From: Promethearchaeota archaeon
GTDB lineage: Archaea > Asgardarchaeota > Hermodarchaeia > Hermodarchaeales > Hermodarchaeaceae
DNA: 64,000 bases
Direction of reading: 5' to 3'
NCBI GenBank assembly: GCA_048939245.1
Contig: JBHLPR010000001.1
Coordinates: forward strand, 1-64,000
A program made the translations under genes and the position numbers. The notes under the pieces were generated by a model, which ran no database searches, had not been told where the DNA came from, and worked only from the letters and a program-made list of their open reading frames with translations. Of the stretch, positions 39,678 to 49,404 are shown piece after piece. Each line of letters opens with the position of its first letter. Position 1 is the stretch's first letter.

Positions 39678-40229
39678 GTGATCGGGATACTCAAGGTTGT
39701 TCTAATAGGTGAGGGTGGAGTCGGCAAAACCAGTCTCCTTAAGCGATATACTTGGAACACCTTTGATGAAAGCATGAAGCTTACAATTGGCGTTGACTTT
39801 GCAGCCAAAAACGTACAGCAAGATGGTTGGGCTGCAACACTTCAAATCTGGGATTTGGGTGGGCAGATTCGATTTCGGGACCTTGCTATTTCCTATTTTC
39901 GAGGAGCAAAATTAGCTATTGCGGTCTTTGACATTTCAAGTCGATATACTATGGAACGACTAAACGATTGGATCACTAGTCTCTTTGAATCTGTCCCCGG
40001 TTGTCCAGTAATTATAGTTGGGAATAAATGCGATTTACGCGAAACTCTGCGATCGACTCAGCCTTTGGTTACATTACAAGAAGGAATCGAATACGCGGCG
40101 CATTATAATGCTCCTTTTATTGAAGCTTCTGCTAAAGATGGGTATGGAGTTCAAGAGGTTTTTGAAGCAGTAACACAAATTCTTGCTGAACGTTATCCTA
40201 CCCGCGAAGCTGCAGGTATGGCTTTCTAA
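39678..40229 (+). CDS. Rab-like small GTPase
   Basis: GEGGVGKT, TIGVDF, WDLGGQ, NKCD, EASAK. Confidence 0.93.
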   Translation: MIGILKVVLIGEGGVGKTSLLKRYTWNTFDESMKLTIGVDFAAKNVQQDGWAATLQIWDLGGQIRFRDLAISYFRGAKLAIAVFDISSRYTMERLNDWITSLFESVPGCPVIIVGNKCDLRETLRSTQPLVTLQEGIEYAAHYNAPFIEASAKDGYGVQEVFEAVTQILAERYPTREAAGMAF

Positions 40230-40427
40230 GACTCCTTTATTCACCAAAAAAGTTCAGGAAATCTCATTGGGCTTTGTACTCCTTACTTTGATGTTGAATC
40301 TAAATCATCATGAAGGTAGAAGTGACAAAGATTCTGAACACTTTTGATAACTTTTTACTCTGTTTTAGCAACACGCTAATGCAAGTTGCAAAAATATAAA
40401 GCACCAGGGGAGTGAATTCCTTGAGAA

Positions 40428-43016
40428 TTGGTGGTGGCCGCCATCACAAAAGCCAAGAAATCTAAGAAACTCAAGAAATCCAAGAAACCCAAGGAATCAA
40501 AGGAAGAAAAACCTCGTGTAGGTGTATTCGTTTGTGAGTGCGGGCGAAACATCGCTGGCGTTGTTGACTGCCAAAGCCTAGCTGAAGGCGCAGCTAAGCT
40601 GGAGGGCGTCGTCGCAACAAAGGTCAATAAGTTCACTTGTGCTGACCCTGGGCAAGAAGAAATTAAACGCATCGTCAAAGAAGAAAATCTCGACCGTGTC
40701 GTTGTGGCAGCGTGCACTCCACGTATGCATGAACCCACCTTTCGACGATGTACCGAAGATGCCGGCTTAAACCAATTTTTCTTTGAAATGGCTAACATCC
40801 GCGACCAAGGCACATGGTGTCACGCTAGCGACCCCGAAGGATGCCAGGAAAAAGCAGCTGATCTTATTGCCAGTGCTGTCGCTAAAGCGCATCATCTCCA
40901 ACCCCTCGAAGTCCTCAAAGTTCCGGTCACCCACACAGCGCTCGTTATTGGAGGCGGAGTTTCAGGTATTCATGCGGCCTTAGATATTGCAGATGCTGGA
41001 TACAAAGTCTGTCTCGTTGAACGCTCTCCAACCATCGGAGGTATCATGGCTCTCCTCGATAAGTGCTTCCCGACGCTCGATTGTTCGATTTGTATTCTAG
41101 GTCCAAAGATGGCTGAGGCGGCACGTCATCCAAATATAGAACTTCTCACCAATGCTGAGGTCACCAAGGTCGAAGGGTTTGTAGGGAACTTCAAAGTTCA
41201 GGTCACCCAGCGCCCACGGTATGTGGACGTCGATAAGTGTAATAGCTGTGGAGATTGTCAGGATGTGTGCCCGGTTCTTGTACCAAATAATTTTGATGCG
41301 AACTTAGGCTGGCGCCATGCTATTTACATTCCCTATCCACAAGCGGTACCTGCCGCTTATCTGATTGATCCTGATCATTGTCTGGGATTGAACCCAAATG
41401 CGTGTATGATGTGTTATGATGCTTGTAACAAAGCAGGACAGGAAGCCATTCTCCCCGATGAAACTGAAAAGGTACATGAATTTGATATAGGGGCCATTAT
41501 CGTCGCAACAGGTTACGAGCCATATGATCCCACACCAATCACCGAATATGGGTATGGTGTCTATACTAATGTCATCACAGCCATCGAGCTCGAACGGTTA
41601 ATTAACGCTGCAGGACCGACAGAAGGAAAGGTAATTCGTCCCTCTGATCAAACGAAACCATCCCGCTTCGCTTTCATCCAATGTGTGGGAAGCCGAGACG
41701 AAAGAAGCAACATCTACTGCTCAGGTTTCTGCTGCATGTACACGATCAAGAATGCCCTTCTTTTGCATGAAAAATACCCTGATGCTGAAATTGCAATCTA
41801 CTACATGGACATCCGCACTAACTTCAAAGACTATGAAGAATTCTACCAACGCGCCCGTCGCGCGGGTATCCGCTTCCAACGAGGACGTCCTGCCAACATT
41901 TCCGAAGATCCCCAAACCCATAATCTCTTTATCCAAGCCGAAGATATAGCCACAGGCAAACATACTAAACGCGAATACGACATAGTCATCCTCAGTACCG
42001 CCGCAGTTCCCAGTAAAGGAACCGAAGAACTTGCCCGCGTCCTAAATGTCCCTCTTGGTCCCTCCGGCTTCTACATGGAAGCTCACCCCAAACTCAAACC
42101 TGTCGACGCAGCCACTGAAGGCGTCTTCTTCTGCGGCTCAGCACAAGGTCCCAAAGACATTCCTGCAAGTGTTGCTCAGGGCAGCGCTGCTGCTTCACGA
42201 GCACTCCGAATAATCACTCAAGATGAATGGGAAATCGAACCTATTGTTGCCGTGGTAGACCCTGACCTTTGTCGCAGTGCAACCGGTAAATGTGGTATAT
42301 GTGTTTCCCGATGCGCATATGGAGCGATATCAGCTGAACCGGGAAAACCGGCTGTTGTCACTCCTGCTAAATGTCATGGATGCGGAACCTGTGTCGCAGA
42401 GTGTCCCGCTGGCGCAATAACACAGATGCATTTCACGGATGCGCAGATTATGGATCAGATACGTGCGTTGTTAAAGCATAATCCTGAGGACAAGATCTTT
42501 GCAATGCTTTGTAATTGGTGTAGTTACGCTGGAGCTGATTTAGCTGGAATTAGCCGGTATGATTATCCATCAAATGTCCGTGGTATCCGGGTGATGTGTT
42601 CTGGACGAATGTCGGATAAATTCATTTTAGAAGCTTTTCGGTTGGGAGCAGGAATGGTGCTTATGTCAGGTTGCCGATTGACAGAAACTGGGAGTGATTG
42701 TCATTACATTGGTGGTAATGTGTGGGCTGCAAAACGGGCTAAACGGATGTCAGCGTACCTAGAACGGATCGGAATGGATCCTCGGCGATTCCGGTTAGAA
42801 TGGGTGTCTGCTGCGGAGGGAGATAAATGGGCGGCTGTCACGACCGAAATGGCCAAACAGCTCAAAGAACTGGGTCGTGATTATATCGCTAAAGAGAATG
42901 AACGTGTACGTCCTGAAATTGAGAAGAGGCTTGCTAAACTTATGAAGAAGGACAAACCCAGGCCAGGGGTAAAAACACAAGCCAAACCGAAAAAGGCGAA
43001 GGTGCAAGCGAAATGA
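40428..43016 (+). CDS. hdrA: Heterodisulfide reductase subunit A fused to MvhD
   Basis: GVFVCECG, VAACTPR, GGGVSG, FPTLDCSIC, QCVGSR, ferredoxin motifs; C-terminal CNWCSY..AD..G, RVMCSGR, DCHY (MvhD). Confidence 0.95.
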   Translation: MVVAAITKAKKSKKLKKSKKPKESKEEKPRVGVFVCECGRNIAGVVDCQSLAEGAAKLEGVVATKVNKFTCADPGQEEIKRIVKEENLDRVVVAACTPRMHEPTFRRCTEDAGLNQFFFEMANIRDQGTWCHASDPEGCQEKAADLIASAVAKAHHLQPLEVLKVPVTHTALVIGGGVSGIHAALDIADAGYKVCLVERSPTIGGIMALLDKCFPTLDCSICILGPKMAEAARHPNIELLTNAEVTKVEGFVGNFKVQVTQRPRYVDVDKCNSCGDCQDVCPVLVPNNFDANLGWRHAIYIPYPQAVPAAYLIDPDHCLGLNPNACMMCYDACNKAGQEAILPDETEKVHEFDIGAIIVATGYEPYDPTPITEYGYGVYTNVITAIELERLINAAGPTEGKVIRPSDQTKPSRFAFIQCVGSRDERSNIYCSGFCCMYTIKNALLLHEKYPDAEIAIYYMDIRTNFKDYEEFYQRARRAGIRFQRGRPANISEDPQTHNLFIQAEDIATGKHTKREYDIVILSTAAVPSKGTEELARVLNVPLGPSGFYMEAHPKLKPVDAATEGVFFCGSAQGPKDIPASVAQGSAAASRALRIITQDEWEIEPIVAVVDPDLCRSATGKCGICVSRCAYGAISAEPGKPAVVTPAKCHGCGTCVAECPAGAITQMHFTDAQIMDQIRALLKHNPEDKIFAMLCNWCSYAGADLAGISRYDYPSNVRGIRVMCSGRMSDKFILEAFRLGAGMVLMSGCRLTETGSDCHYIGGNVWAAKRAKRMSAYLERIGMDPRRFRLEWVSAAEGDKWAAVTTEMAKQLKELGRDYIAKENERVRPEIEKRLAKLMKKDKPRPGVKTQAKPKKAKVQAK
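40455..40508 (+). repeat. Six degenerate 9-bp tandem units encoding a Lys-rich HdrA N-terminal tail
   Basis: aagaaatct aagaaactc aagaaatcc aagaaaccc aaggaatca aaggaagaa. Confidence 0.75.
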
Positions 43017-43570
43017 ATATGGATGAGCAACTCGAAGAAATTTCATCCAAATTGGCAAAGCGGGTCGACACACAATCCTGCTATAGTTGTGGAACTTGCG
43101 TGGCCGCTTGCCCTGTCTCTCGTTTGGTTGGTTCAGACATTTATCATCCTCGCCGGGTGGTCAAGGCTACACTAGAAGGGAACGCAGCTGCCCTCCTTAC
43201 AGATCCTCATTTATGGCTGTGTACCAGCTGCCATTCTTGTTTAGAACATTGTCCCCAAAAAGTACCGGTATCTGAACTAATTCAGGATTTACAGAATATC
43301 GCTAGTTCAATGGGAATTACTCCAGATGACATAGTATCTGAAGTTGAGAACATTCTAGCAACGGGGTGGGCATTAGCACCCAGTGAACAAGCGAACAAGA
43401 AGCGTGCAGAGTTGGGTTTACCTCCAATATCTTTAGGCGATCGCGTAGGAACCGATCTTCAAAAAATTGCGAAAACCACTGAGCTCCTTGAACGCCTTGA
43501 AAAAATTAAACAGCGAAAATTGGAGGAAGCTCAAGCAGCTGAAATCGCTGAAGAAGGAGGCAAGGTCTAA
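43013..43570 (+). CDS. hdrC: Heterodisulfide reductase subunit C
   Basis: CYSCGTCVAACP and CTSCHSCLEHCP. Confidence 0.92.
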   Translation: MNMDEQLEEISSKLAKRVDTQSCYSCGTCVAACPVSRLVGSDIYHPRRVVKATLEGNAAALLTDPHLWLCTSCHSCLEHCPQKVPVSELIQDLQNIASSMGITPDDIVSEVENILATGWALAPSEQANKKRAELGLPPISLGDRVGTDLQKIAKTTELLERLEKIKQRKLEEAQAAEIAEEGGKV

Positions 43571-44454
43571 TGAGTGATACAGCCTGGGCTCTTTATATGG
43601 GCTGTGTGATACCAAACCGTCTTCCGTATATGGAAGTCGCGATGCGTGAAACGTTGCAGCATTTTGAAATTGAATCACATGACATCGATGGCTTTAGTTG
43701 TTGCCCAAATCCATTAACACTTCCCCACATAGACCATCACGCTGCCCTCGCTATTTCAGCTCGTAACCTAGCTATTGCAGAAGAACAGGACATGGATATC
43801 CTTACTCCTTGTAATGGTTGTTTTGAAATGTTAAAAGGCGCTGCTGTTTGTCTTCAAGAAGATAAGGAACTCCGTGCAGAAATTAATAGCATTTTAGCGA
43901 AAACTGGTCATGAATACAAAGGCGACATCAAGGTAAAGCATTTTATCCAGCTCCTTTTCGAGGATATTGGACTGGGAACCATTGCCGAATCTGTAGTTTA
44001 TCCACTTACTAATCTCAGGGCAGCCACCCATGTGGGTTGTCATTTACTACGCCCCAGTTCTGTACTTAACATTGATGATGCTCAACGGCCAACAATTCTT
44101 CATCAACTCGTTCGTGCTTTAGGTGCCAAGACAGTACAATTCCCAGATGAGATGGATTGTTGTGGCTACGGTTCACGTCCCGCAGATCGAGATCTTGCAC
44201 TTAAAATGACAGGAATAAAGTTAGAAAACATGAAACGGGCTGGAGCTGAAGCCTTAGTACTCATTTGTCCAGCATGTACTCTTCAATTCGATTTAATGCA
44301 ACGTCTCGCATTACGCGGCTTTGAAGATAAAACACCACTTCCCGTTTTTTATTACCCCGAGCTCCTGAACCTTGCCTTAGGGACTCCTCCCCAAAAACTT
44401 GGGTTTAGTGATCATCGAGTCAATGTTGACCCAATTTTATCGAAGCTCATTTGA
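43570..44454 (+). CDS. hdrB: Heterodisulfide reductase subunit B
   Basis: Two CCG domains (SCCP/PCNGC; GCH/DCCG/CPAC). Confidence 0.93.
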   Translation: MSDTAWALYMGCVIPNRLPYMEVAMRETLQHFEIESHDIDGFSCCPNPLTLPHIDHHAALAISARNLAIAEEQDMDILTPCNGCFEMLKGAAVCLQEDKELRAEINSILAKTGHEYKGDIKVKHFIQLLFEDIGLGTIAESVVYPLTNLRAATHVGCHLLRPSSVLNIDDAQRPTILHQLVRALGAKTVQFPDEMDCCGYGSRPADRDLALKMTGIKLENMKRAGAEALVLICPACTLQFDLMQRLALRGFEDKTPLPVFYYPELLNLALGTPPQKLGFSDHRVNVDPILSKLI

Positions 44455-44627
44455 GCTCCGAGGCTAATCTGTTTATAACGTTTGCAAATAACTTGTTAAA
44501 ACTGGTTTCTCTTGCCAGTTTAGCCTTTATTCAGAAGAAGGTGTAATTGAGATTTCCCTAATGGTTCCAAAAGTCTCTTTTGTTAAACATCTATATACTC
44601 GATGTAGTTCATAGGTTGGAGCGTCTT

Positions 44628-45362
44628 ATGTTAAATTCATTAGCTGTAGAAATTCGCGATAATGCTGCTAAATGGGGCGCAGACCTTGTGGGTTTTGCTC
44701 CGATCGAACGCTTTAATCGATATCCACCAGAAAATCGTCCGACCTTTTCTTTATCCTCTGCACGAACAGTCATCGTATTAGGTCTCCAAATGGTGGACCC
44801 CCTCCTTGATCTCTGGCTTCATGCCCCACCCACTACAGGGGTAGGGCGTTCACCAACAGGTCGAGCTTTTGAGGATGAGATTCTTCTAGCAATTTCGTAT
44901 CGACTAGCATTGGATATGTATAAGCGGAAAATTGAAGCTAAGGTTCTTCCCTATGGCCCGTCACCTCAGAAGGAGCACACCGGATTTATCTATCTCAAAG
45001 AAGCTGGAGTATTGGCGGGTCTTGGAGTCATCGGGAAGAACAATCTTTTAATTACCCCTGAATTTGGTCCACGAATCCGACTACGGGCTATTGCAATTTC
45101 CGAAGAGTTACCTCCAAGCAAAATTATCACAGAAAATCCTTGGTGTCCAGGTTGTGATGATTGTATTCGCGCGTGTCCAGTTAATGCCCTTGAGGATGGA
45201 AAATACGACAAAGAACGTTGTCTGACGAGTCCACACCATCAACGACAACTTTCTCCCAGTGCAGAATTGTGGTGCACACGTTGTAGCTGTGTATGTCCGG
45301 TTGGTGCACGAGTGCCCTGTGATGATACCATCAAAATCCATCCTATTTCACTAAACAGGTGA
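44628..45362 (+). CDS. QueG/reductive-dehalogenase-like 4Fe-4S protein
   Basis: GADLVGFA, AGLGVIGKNNLLITPEFGPRIRL, CPGCDDCIRACP, CTRCSCVCP. Confidence 0.85.
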   Translation: MLNSLAVEIRDNAAKWGADLVGFAPIERFNRYPPENRPTFSLSSARTVIVLGLQMVDPLLDLWLHAPPTTGVGRSPTGRAFEDEILLAISYRLALDMYKRKIEAKVLPYGPSPQKEHTGFIYLKEAGVLAGLGVIGKNNLLITPEFGPRIRLRAIAISEELPPSKIITENPWCPGCDDCIRACPVNALEDGKYDKERCLTSPHHQRQLSPSAELWCTRCSCVCPVGARVPCDDTIKIHPISLNR

Positions 45363-45414
45363 GGTTTTAAGTACCCCCTCTATGGAAGGAACACTACGTC
45401 ACGGAGGTATCTTT

Positions 45415-46779
45415 GTGTCTCAACATGACTTAATCGTTGTTGGAGCTGGACCTGCTGGTGCGCATCTCGCGAAAGAGACAGCCCAACTTGGATTAGATGT
45501 CTTAGTCTTAGAACGGTTACCAAAAAATCGTGTAGGTGACAAAGTCTGTGGTGAAGGCATCGCGCTACATCATCTAAAAAATGCGGGCATCCCATACCCC
45601 GCTGGCAAGGAACTTGGCAATGTGATTAATGGTATTGACATCTATCCGCCAAGTATGGAGAACTATATCACCATCAGCCAACGTGTTGAAGGCGAACCCT
45701 GTGACGGGTGGACCATCGATCGCATCCATTTTGGACAACGACTCCTAGGTTACGCAGAAGAGGCGGGTGCTAAAATCCAGGATAACGCCCATGTTCTTGA
45801 ACCTCTATCTGATAATGGTACCATCACTGGGGTGAAATACAAAGACACGAAGACAAACCGCCTAAACGAAGTTTACGCCAAAGTTACCGTTGATGCCAGT
45901 GGTATGTCTGCAACGCTCCGACGAAAACTGAATGATCCACTCATAGAACAAACTGTTGAACTTCGGGATCAAGCTGTTTGCTACCGGGAAATTCTCGAAC
46001 TTCAAGAGCCCTTCAAACCAGCTGATCGGTGCTGGATTATTATGGACGACCGCTATAGCCCTGGTGGCTATGTCTGGATTTTTCCACGGGGAGGTAGAAT
46101 TGCTAACGTTGGACTTGGCACTCAGGGCGGTCAAGGTCATCGACCCAAGGAGCTGTATAAGCATTTTCTCACAACTAACTCCATTTTCAAAAATGCAAAG
46201 GTGATTCATGGGGGTGGAGGCGCCGCACCCATCCGGAGACCTCTTTGGAGTTACGTCACCAACGGAATTGCATTCATTGGAGATAGTGGTTGTATGTGTA
46301 ATCCCATTCATGGTGGCGGCATCGGATCTGCTATTGAGGCAGGACATGTGTTAGCTCCAGTTATCAAACAGGCAGTTGAAGCAAACGATGTCTCAACCTC
46401 TGGTCTTTGGAGATTCAATGTTGCGTACAATCGAGAACATTATGGGCAAAAGATCGCCTCGTTGGATTTGATGCGGCATCTTCTTCAGGAAGTTGGCAAT
46501 GATGAATTTGATTATGTAATCAATAATCGCATTCTGACAACTGAGGACCTGATGCGAGCGAACGCGGGTGAAGGGATTCAGTTATCTGCCCTTGATAAGG
46601 CAGGACGCCTTTTTCGTGGTCTTCGCAAACTGGGACTACTCCGCCGAATTCAAAAGGTGTCAGAAGCAATGCGCAAAATGCTTTCTCTTTACCAGAACTT
46701 TCCCGAAGCTCCTGATACATTCGAATCTTGGAAACAACGCGTCATCACACTCTATCAAGATTTAGGCTTTCAACCATAG
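45415..46779 (+). CDS. Geranylgeranyl reductase (DGGGPL reductase family)
   Basis: VGAGPAG, KVCGEG, GGYVWIFP, GDSG, NPIHGGGI; GTG start after GGAGGT. Confidence 0.9.
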   Translation: MSQHDLIVVGAGPAGAHLAKETAQLGLDVLVLERLPKNRVGDKVCGEGIALHHLKNAGIPYPAGKELGNVINGIDIYPPSMENYITISQRVEGEPCDGWTIDRIHFGQRLLGYAEEAGAKIQDNAHVLEPLSDNGTITGVKYKDTKTNRLNEVYAKVTVDASGMSATLRRKLNDPLIEQTVELRDQAVCYREILELQEPFKPADRCWIIMDDRYSPGGYVWIFPRGGRIANVGLGTQGGQGHRPKELYKHFLTTNSIFKNAKVIHGGGGAAPIRRPLWSYVTNGIAFIGDSGCMCNPIHGGGIGSAIEAGHVLAPVIKQAVEANDVSTSGLWRFNVAYNREHYGQKIASLDLMRHLLQEVGNDEFDYVINNRILTTEDLMRANAGEGIQLSALDKAGRLFRGLRKLGLLRRIQKVSEAMRKMLSLYQNFPEAPDTFESWKQRVITLYQDLGFQP

Positions 46780-46891
46780 CCAGTAAATCCCAGACCGTGA
46801 TGTTGCACGTGACGTTTTTTATTCATATCACACCATGTTTAAACTAGAGTATAGCCCTCATAGTATTGGCTGGGTATATTTGGTGAATATC

Positions 46892-47788
46892 ATGGAACCC
46901 CCAATTGTAATTGACGCACATACTCGGCATGTTTCAGGAGTAATTTTTTCACCCGATAATACTATGCTCCTTTCGTCTGGCATGGATAATCTAGTCCAAG
47001 CATGGGCTACAGAAGAATGGACACAACAACACACCTTCTTCGGTCACACAAATAGCGTGAATGCACTGGCAATAACGCCGCAAGGTGATTTTTTAATTAC
47101 AGGTTCTACTGATACGACAGTTCGGGTTTGGGTTTTTCCATCCGGAGAAGTTGAACATACACTCAGTGGACATAAGAAAACGGTATCGGCTGTCGCAGTG
47201 TCAGCATCGGGTAAATACATCGCTTCCGGGTCCTACGATGGTTATGTAAAGATTTGGGAGTTAGCCTCCGGTCAAGAAATCCTATCACTCACCGAATTTG
47301 GACGAAATATCTCTTCTGTTGATTTTTCTCCTGACGATAAATATCTAGTAGCTGGAGGCTTGGGTGATGATGTTCACTTGTGGAGTTTTCCTTCTGGCGA
47401 GCTTGTTCAAAAAATAAAAGGACATGAGACCGCGGTCAACTCCGTAACCTTTTCTCCAAATGGAGAATTACTTGGATCGATAGGATATGAAGAAACTCTG
47501 ATTATCCGGGATACTCGAAATTGGAATCCCATTCATACCATTACCCTAGAATCACGGGCAAGTGATCTAACCTTTACAGCTGACAGCAAAAAAGTAGCTG
47601 CGGCTATTGATTATGGAGTCCGAATGTGGAATCTCCGAACCGGTGAAATCGATAGGCAATATGAGTTACCGATACAAGGTGTCTATACCGTAGCGGTCTC
47701 GCCCACGCGAAGATGGCTTGCAGTGGGTTCAGCAGATGGGAAGGTTAGAATCTGGCAAATTCGAAAATCACCAAAAAAGTCCAAATAA
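46892..47788 (+). CDS. WD40-repeat beta-propeller (about 7 blades)
   Basis: Repeated GH..V..V.FSP.G..L.SGS.D..V..W units. Confidence 0.92.
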   Translation: MEPPIVIDAHTRHVSGVIFSPDNTMLLSSGMDNLVQAWATEEWTQQHTFFGHTNSVNALAITPQGDFLITGSTDTTVRVWVFPSGEVEHTLSGHKKTVSAVAVSASGKYIASGSYDGYVKIWELASGQEILSLTEFGRNISSVDFSPDDKYLVAGGLGDDVHLWSFPSGELVQKIKGHETAVNSVTFSPNGELLGSIGYEETLIIRDTRNWNPIHTITLESRASDLTFTADSKKVAAAIDYGVRMWNLRTGEIDRQYELPIQGVYTVAVSPTRRWLAVGSADGKVRIWQIRKSPKKSK

Positions 47789-47809
47789 GCCTAAACGCAA
47801 TTACCAAAA

Positions 47810-48024
47810 TAGAAGTGTTGGAGGCCTCACCAACCGAAGCTATAGCGCTGGAAGGGTCATCGGTTCTCCCCTGATGCTTCCCAGGCATCTGCTGCTGTTA
47901 CTAATCGGAAAAGGAGCGAGGGCGTCGGAGGTTAAGCGGCGCCCTCCGCCAAGAGGCAACGCCAAGAGTATTGCCTAATATGGAATCGTTAGTAACAGGT
48001 AACAACGGGTGTTGGTTATTTTTT
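47810..48024. ncRNA. Candidate structured non-coding RNA (about 200 nt)
   Basis: GC-rich intergenic segment between convergent genes with nested stems; no family recognised. Confidence 0.5.
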
Positions 48025-48075
48025 AAAGGGCTGGTGTAAAAAAAGGCACATCAAATACCCAATCGTTTCTGTGTG

Positions 48076-49281
48076 CTAATGTGAAGCGATATTGCTCAGC
48101 GATGGTCTGGTCAACTGTTGTTTTAATATGGATCGGACATCAGTCCAACTTAAGGCAACAAGAAGGGAGAATCCTACATAAGAAGCTCCAAACCATCGCC
48201 AGATTGCATAATCCATCCAATATAACGCAAAATCGTTGATATGGGTGGTGGCTGCAAAGAAAATGGGAACTAGCCAAAGTGTAACAGCAAGGCCAAGAAA
48301 TGAGATGGGCGGGGTCTGGCGGGTTTGAATTAGCCTAATTATCCACCAGCCGAGTGTACCCCAGACCAGAATCATTTGGAACACTAAAATGGCGTAGAAA
48401 ATGGGAATAGGCAAAATCGCTGGAACTGGATTAGTCGGATAATAACCATCAAAGGTTACGGGTGCTAAGACATTAAATGCGAGGACTCCAAAGCCGAACC
48501 AGAGAAAGGCACCAAGGTTATGAACGAATTCGGGTAAACTTGCAGTCAGCATCATCGATGGATCTGGGGTTGGCTGAGCAATGATAGTATGAACCAGATA
48601 CAAAATCAGCGATACTGCAACTAGACCTGAGACACTTCCTACTGCTCGCCATTGACGACGTAACAGGAAAAAGATAAGAATTGCTGGTAGTGCGAAAATG
48701 AATGTCTCTTTAATAAGAAATGCAAAAGCGATGAATCCACCCGCAAGCAAGGGCCGGCCTTTCCACGCCCAATACACTGACAAAATTGTGAAGGGCATAG
48801 CAAATAATGCAATTTGAAAGAGCGGTATCACATTAAAAAAGAAAGCATATTGCACGAAACTTGCAGCTAGTGCAGCCCAACCTGAATTCGTAATCTGGTT
48901 AACTACCCAAAACGTTAGCACCAAGTTCAACGCTGCAGCAAATACACAAAGAACACTAAGAGGAAAAACAAAACTAGTTCCTGCCCAACCCGTTAGAAAT
49001 GCTATTGGGTAAAATACCAAGGGTGTGCGATAAATCCTCAGATCACCCAGATCTCCGGTAATAAATGCTGCATGCCGCCAGGCAGTATAGAAGTCTTCGC
49101 CATTCAGCATGTAATAAATTACCGTTTTGTGCATCGTATCATCATCAAGGGCAAGGCGGGGTACAAACTCTGTTCCCCATGAATAGGAAAGAAATACCAT
49201 CCAGATTAGACTGCATACAGAAAGAAAAACGATGAACGCTGCTATTCCTTCTCGTCGAAGAAAGTCTGTAAGCGAAGGCAC
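48076..49281 (-). CDS. GT-C-fold membrane glycosyltransferase-like protein
   Basis: About 10 TM helices; DD in the first loop; YRTPL; LIKET motif. Confidence 0.7.
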   Translation of the reverse strand: MPSLTDFLRREGIAAFIVFLSVCSLIWMVFLSYSWGTEFVPRLALDDDTMHKTVIYYMLNGEDFYTAWRHAAFITGDLGDLRIYRTPLVFYPIAFLTGWAGTSFVFPLSVLCVFAAALNLVLTFWVVNQITNSGWAALAASFVQYAFFFNVIPLFQIALFAMPFTILSVYWAWKGRPLLAGGFIAFAFLIKETFIFALPAILIFFLLRRQWRAVGSVSGLVAVSLILYLVHTIIAQPTPDPSMMLTASLPEFVHNLGAFLWFGFGVLAFNVLAPVTFDGYYPTNPVPAILPIPIFYAILVFQMILVWGTLGWWIIRLIQTRQTPPISFLGLAVTLWLVPIFFAATTHINDFALYWMDYAIWRWFGASYVGFSLLVALSWTDVRSILKQQLTRPSLSNIASH

Positions 49282-49404
49282 AGAGACTACACCACTCTAT
49301 CAATGGAGAATATAATGTTCTTCTATTTGAAGAGTAACCATTCAAAAGATTTCGGCATCACGAGGGAATTAGATGTTCAAAAAGTGTCGCCAACTGTTAG
49401 CCTT

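Noticed and set aside
40428-44454. Selenocysteine recoding or methanogenesis inferred from hdr genes
   Set aside because: ORFs are uninterrupted with Cys at the relevant sites; no mcr/mtr in the window, and Hdr is widespread in non-methanogens.
47718-47978. 86-aa ORF, or a twister/hammerhead ribozyme, at the structured element
   Set aside because: The ORF overlaps the WD40 gene out of frame; only fragments of ribozyme cores (GCGGAGGG/UUAAC, CUGAUGC) are present, and essential conserved nucleotides are missing.
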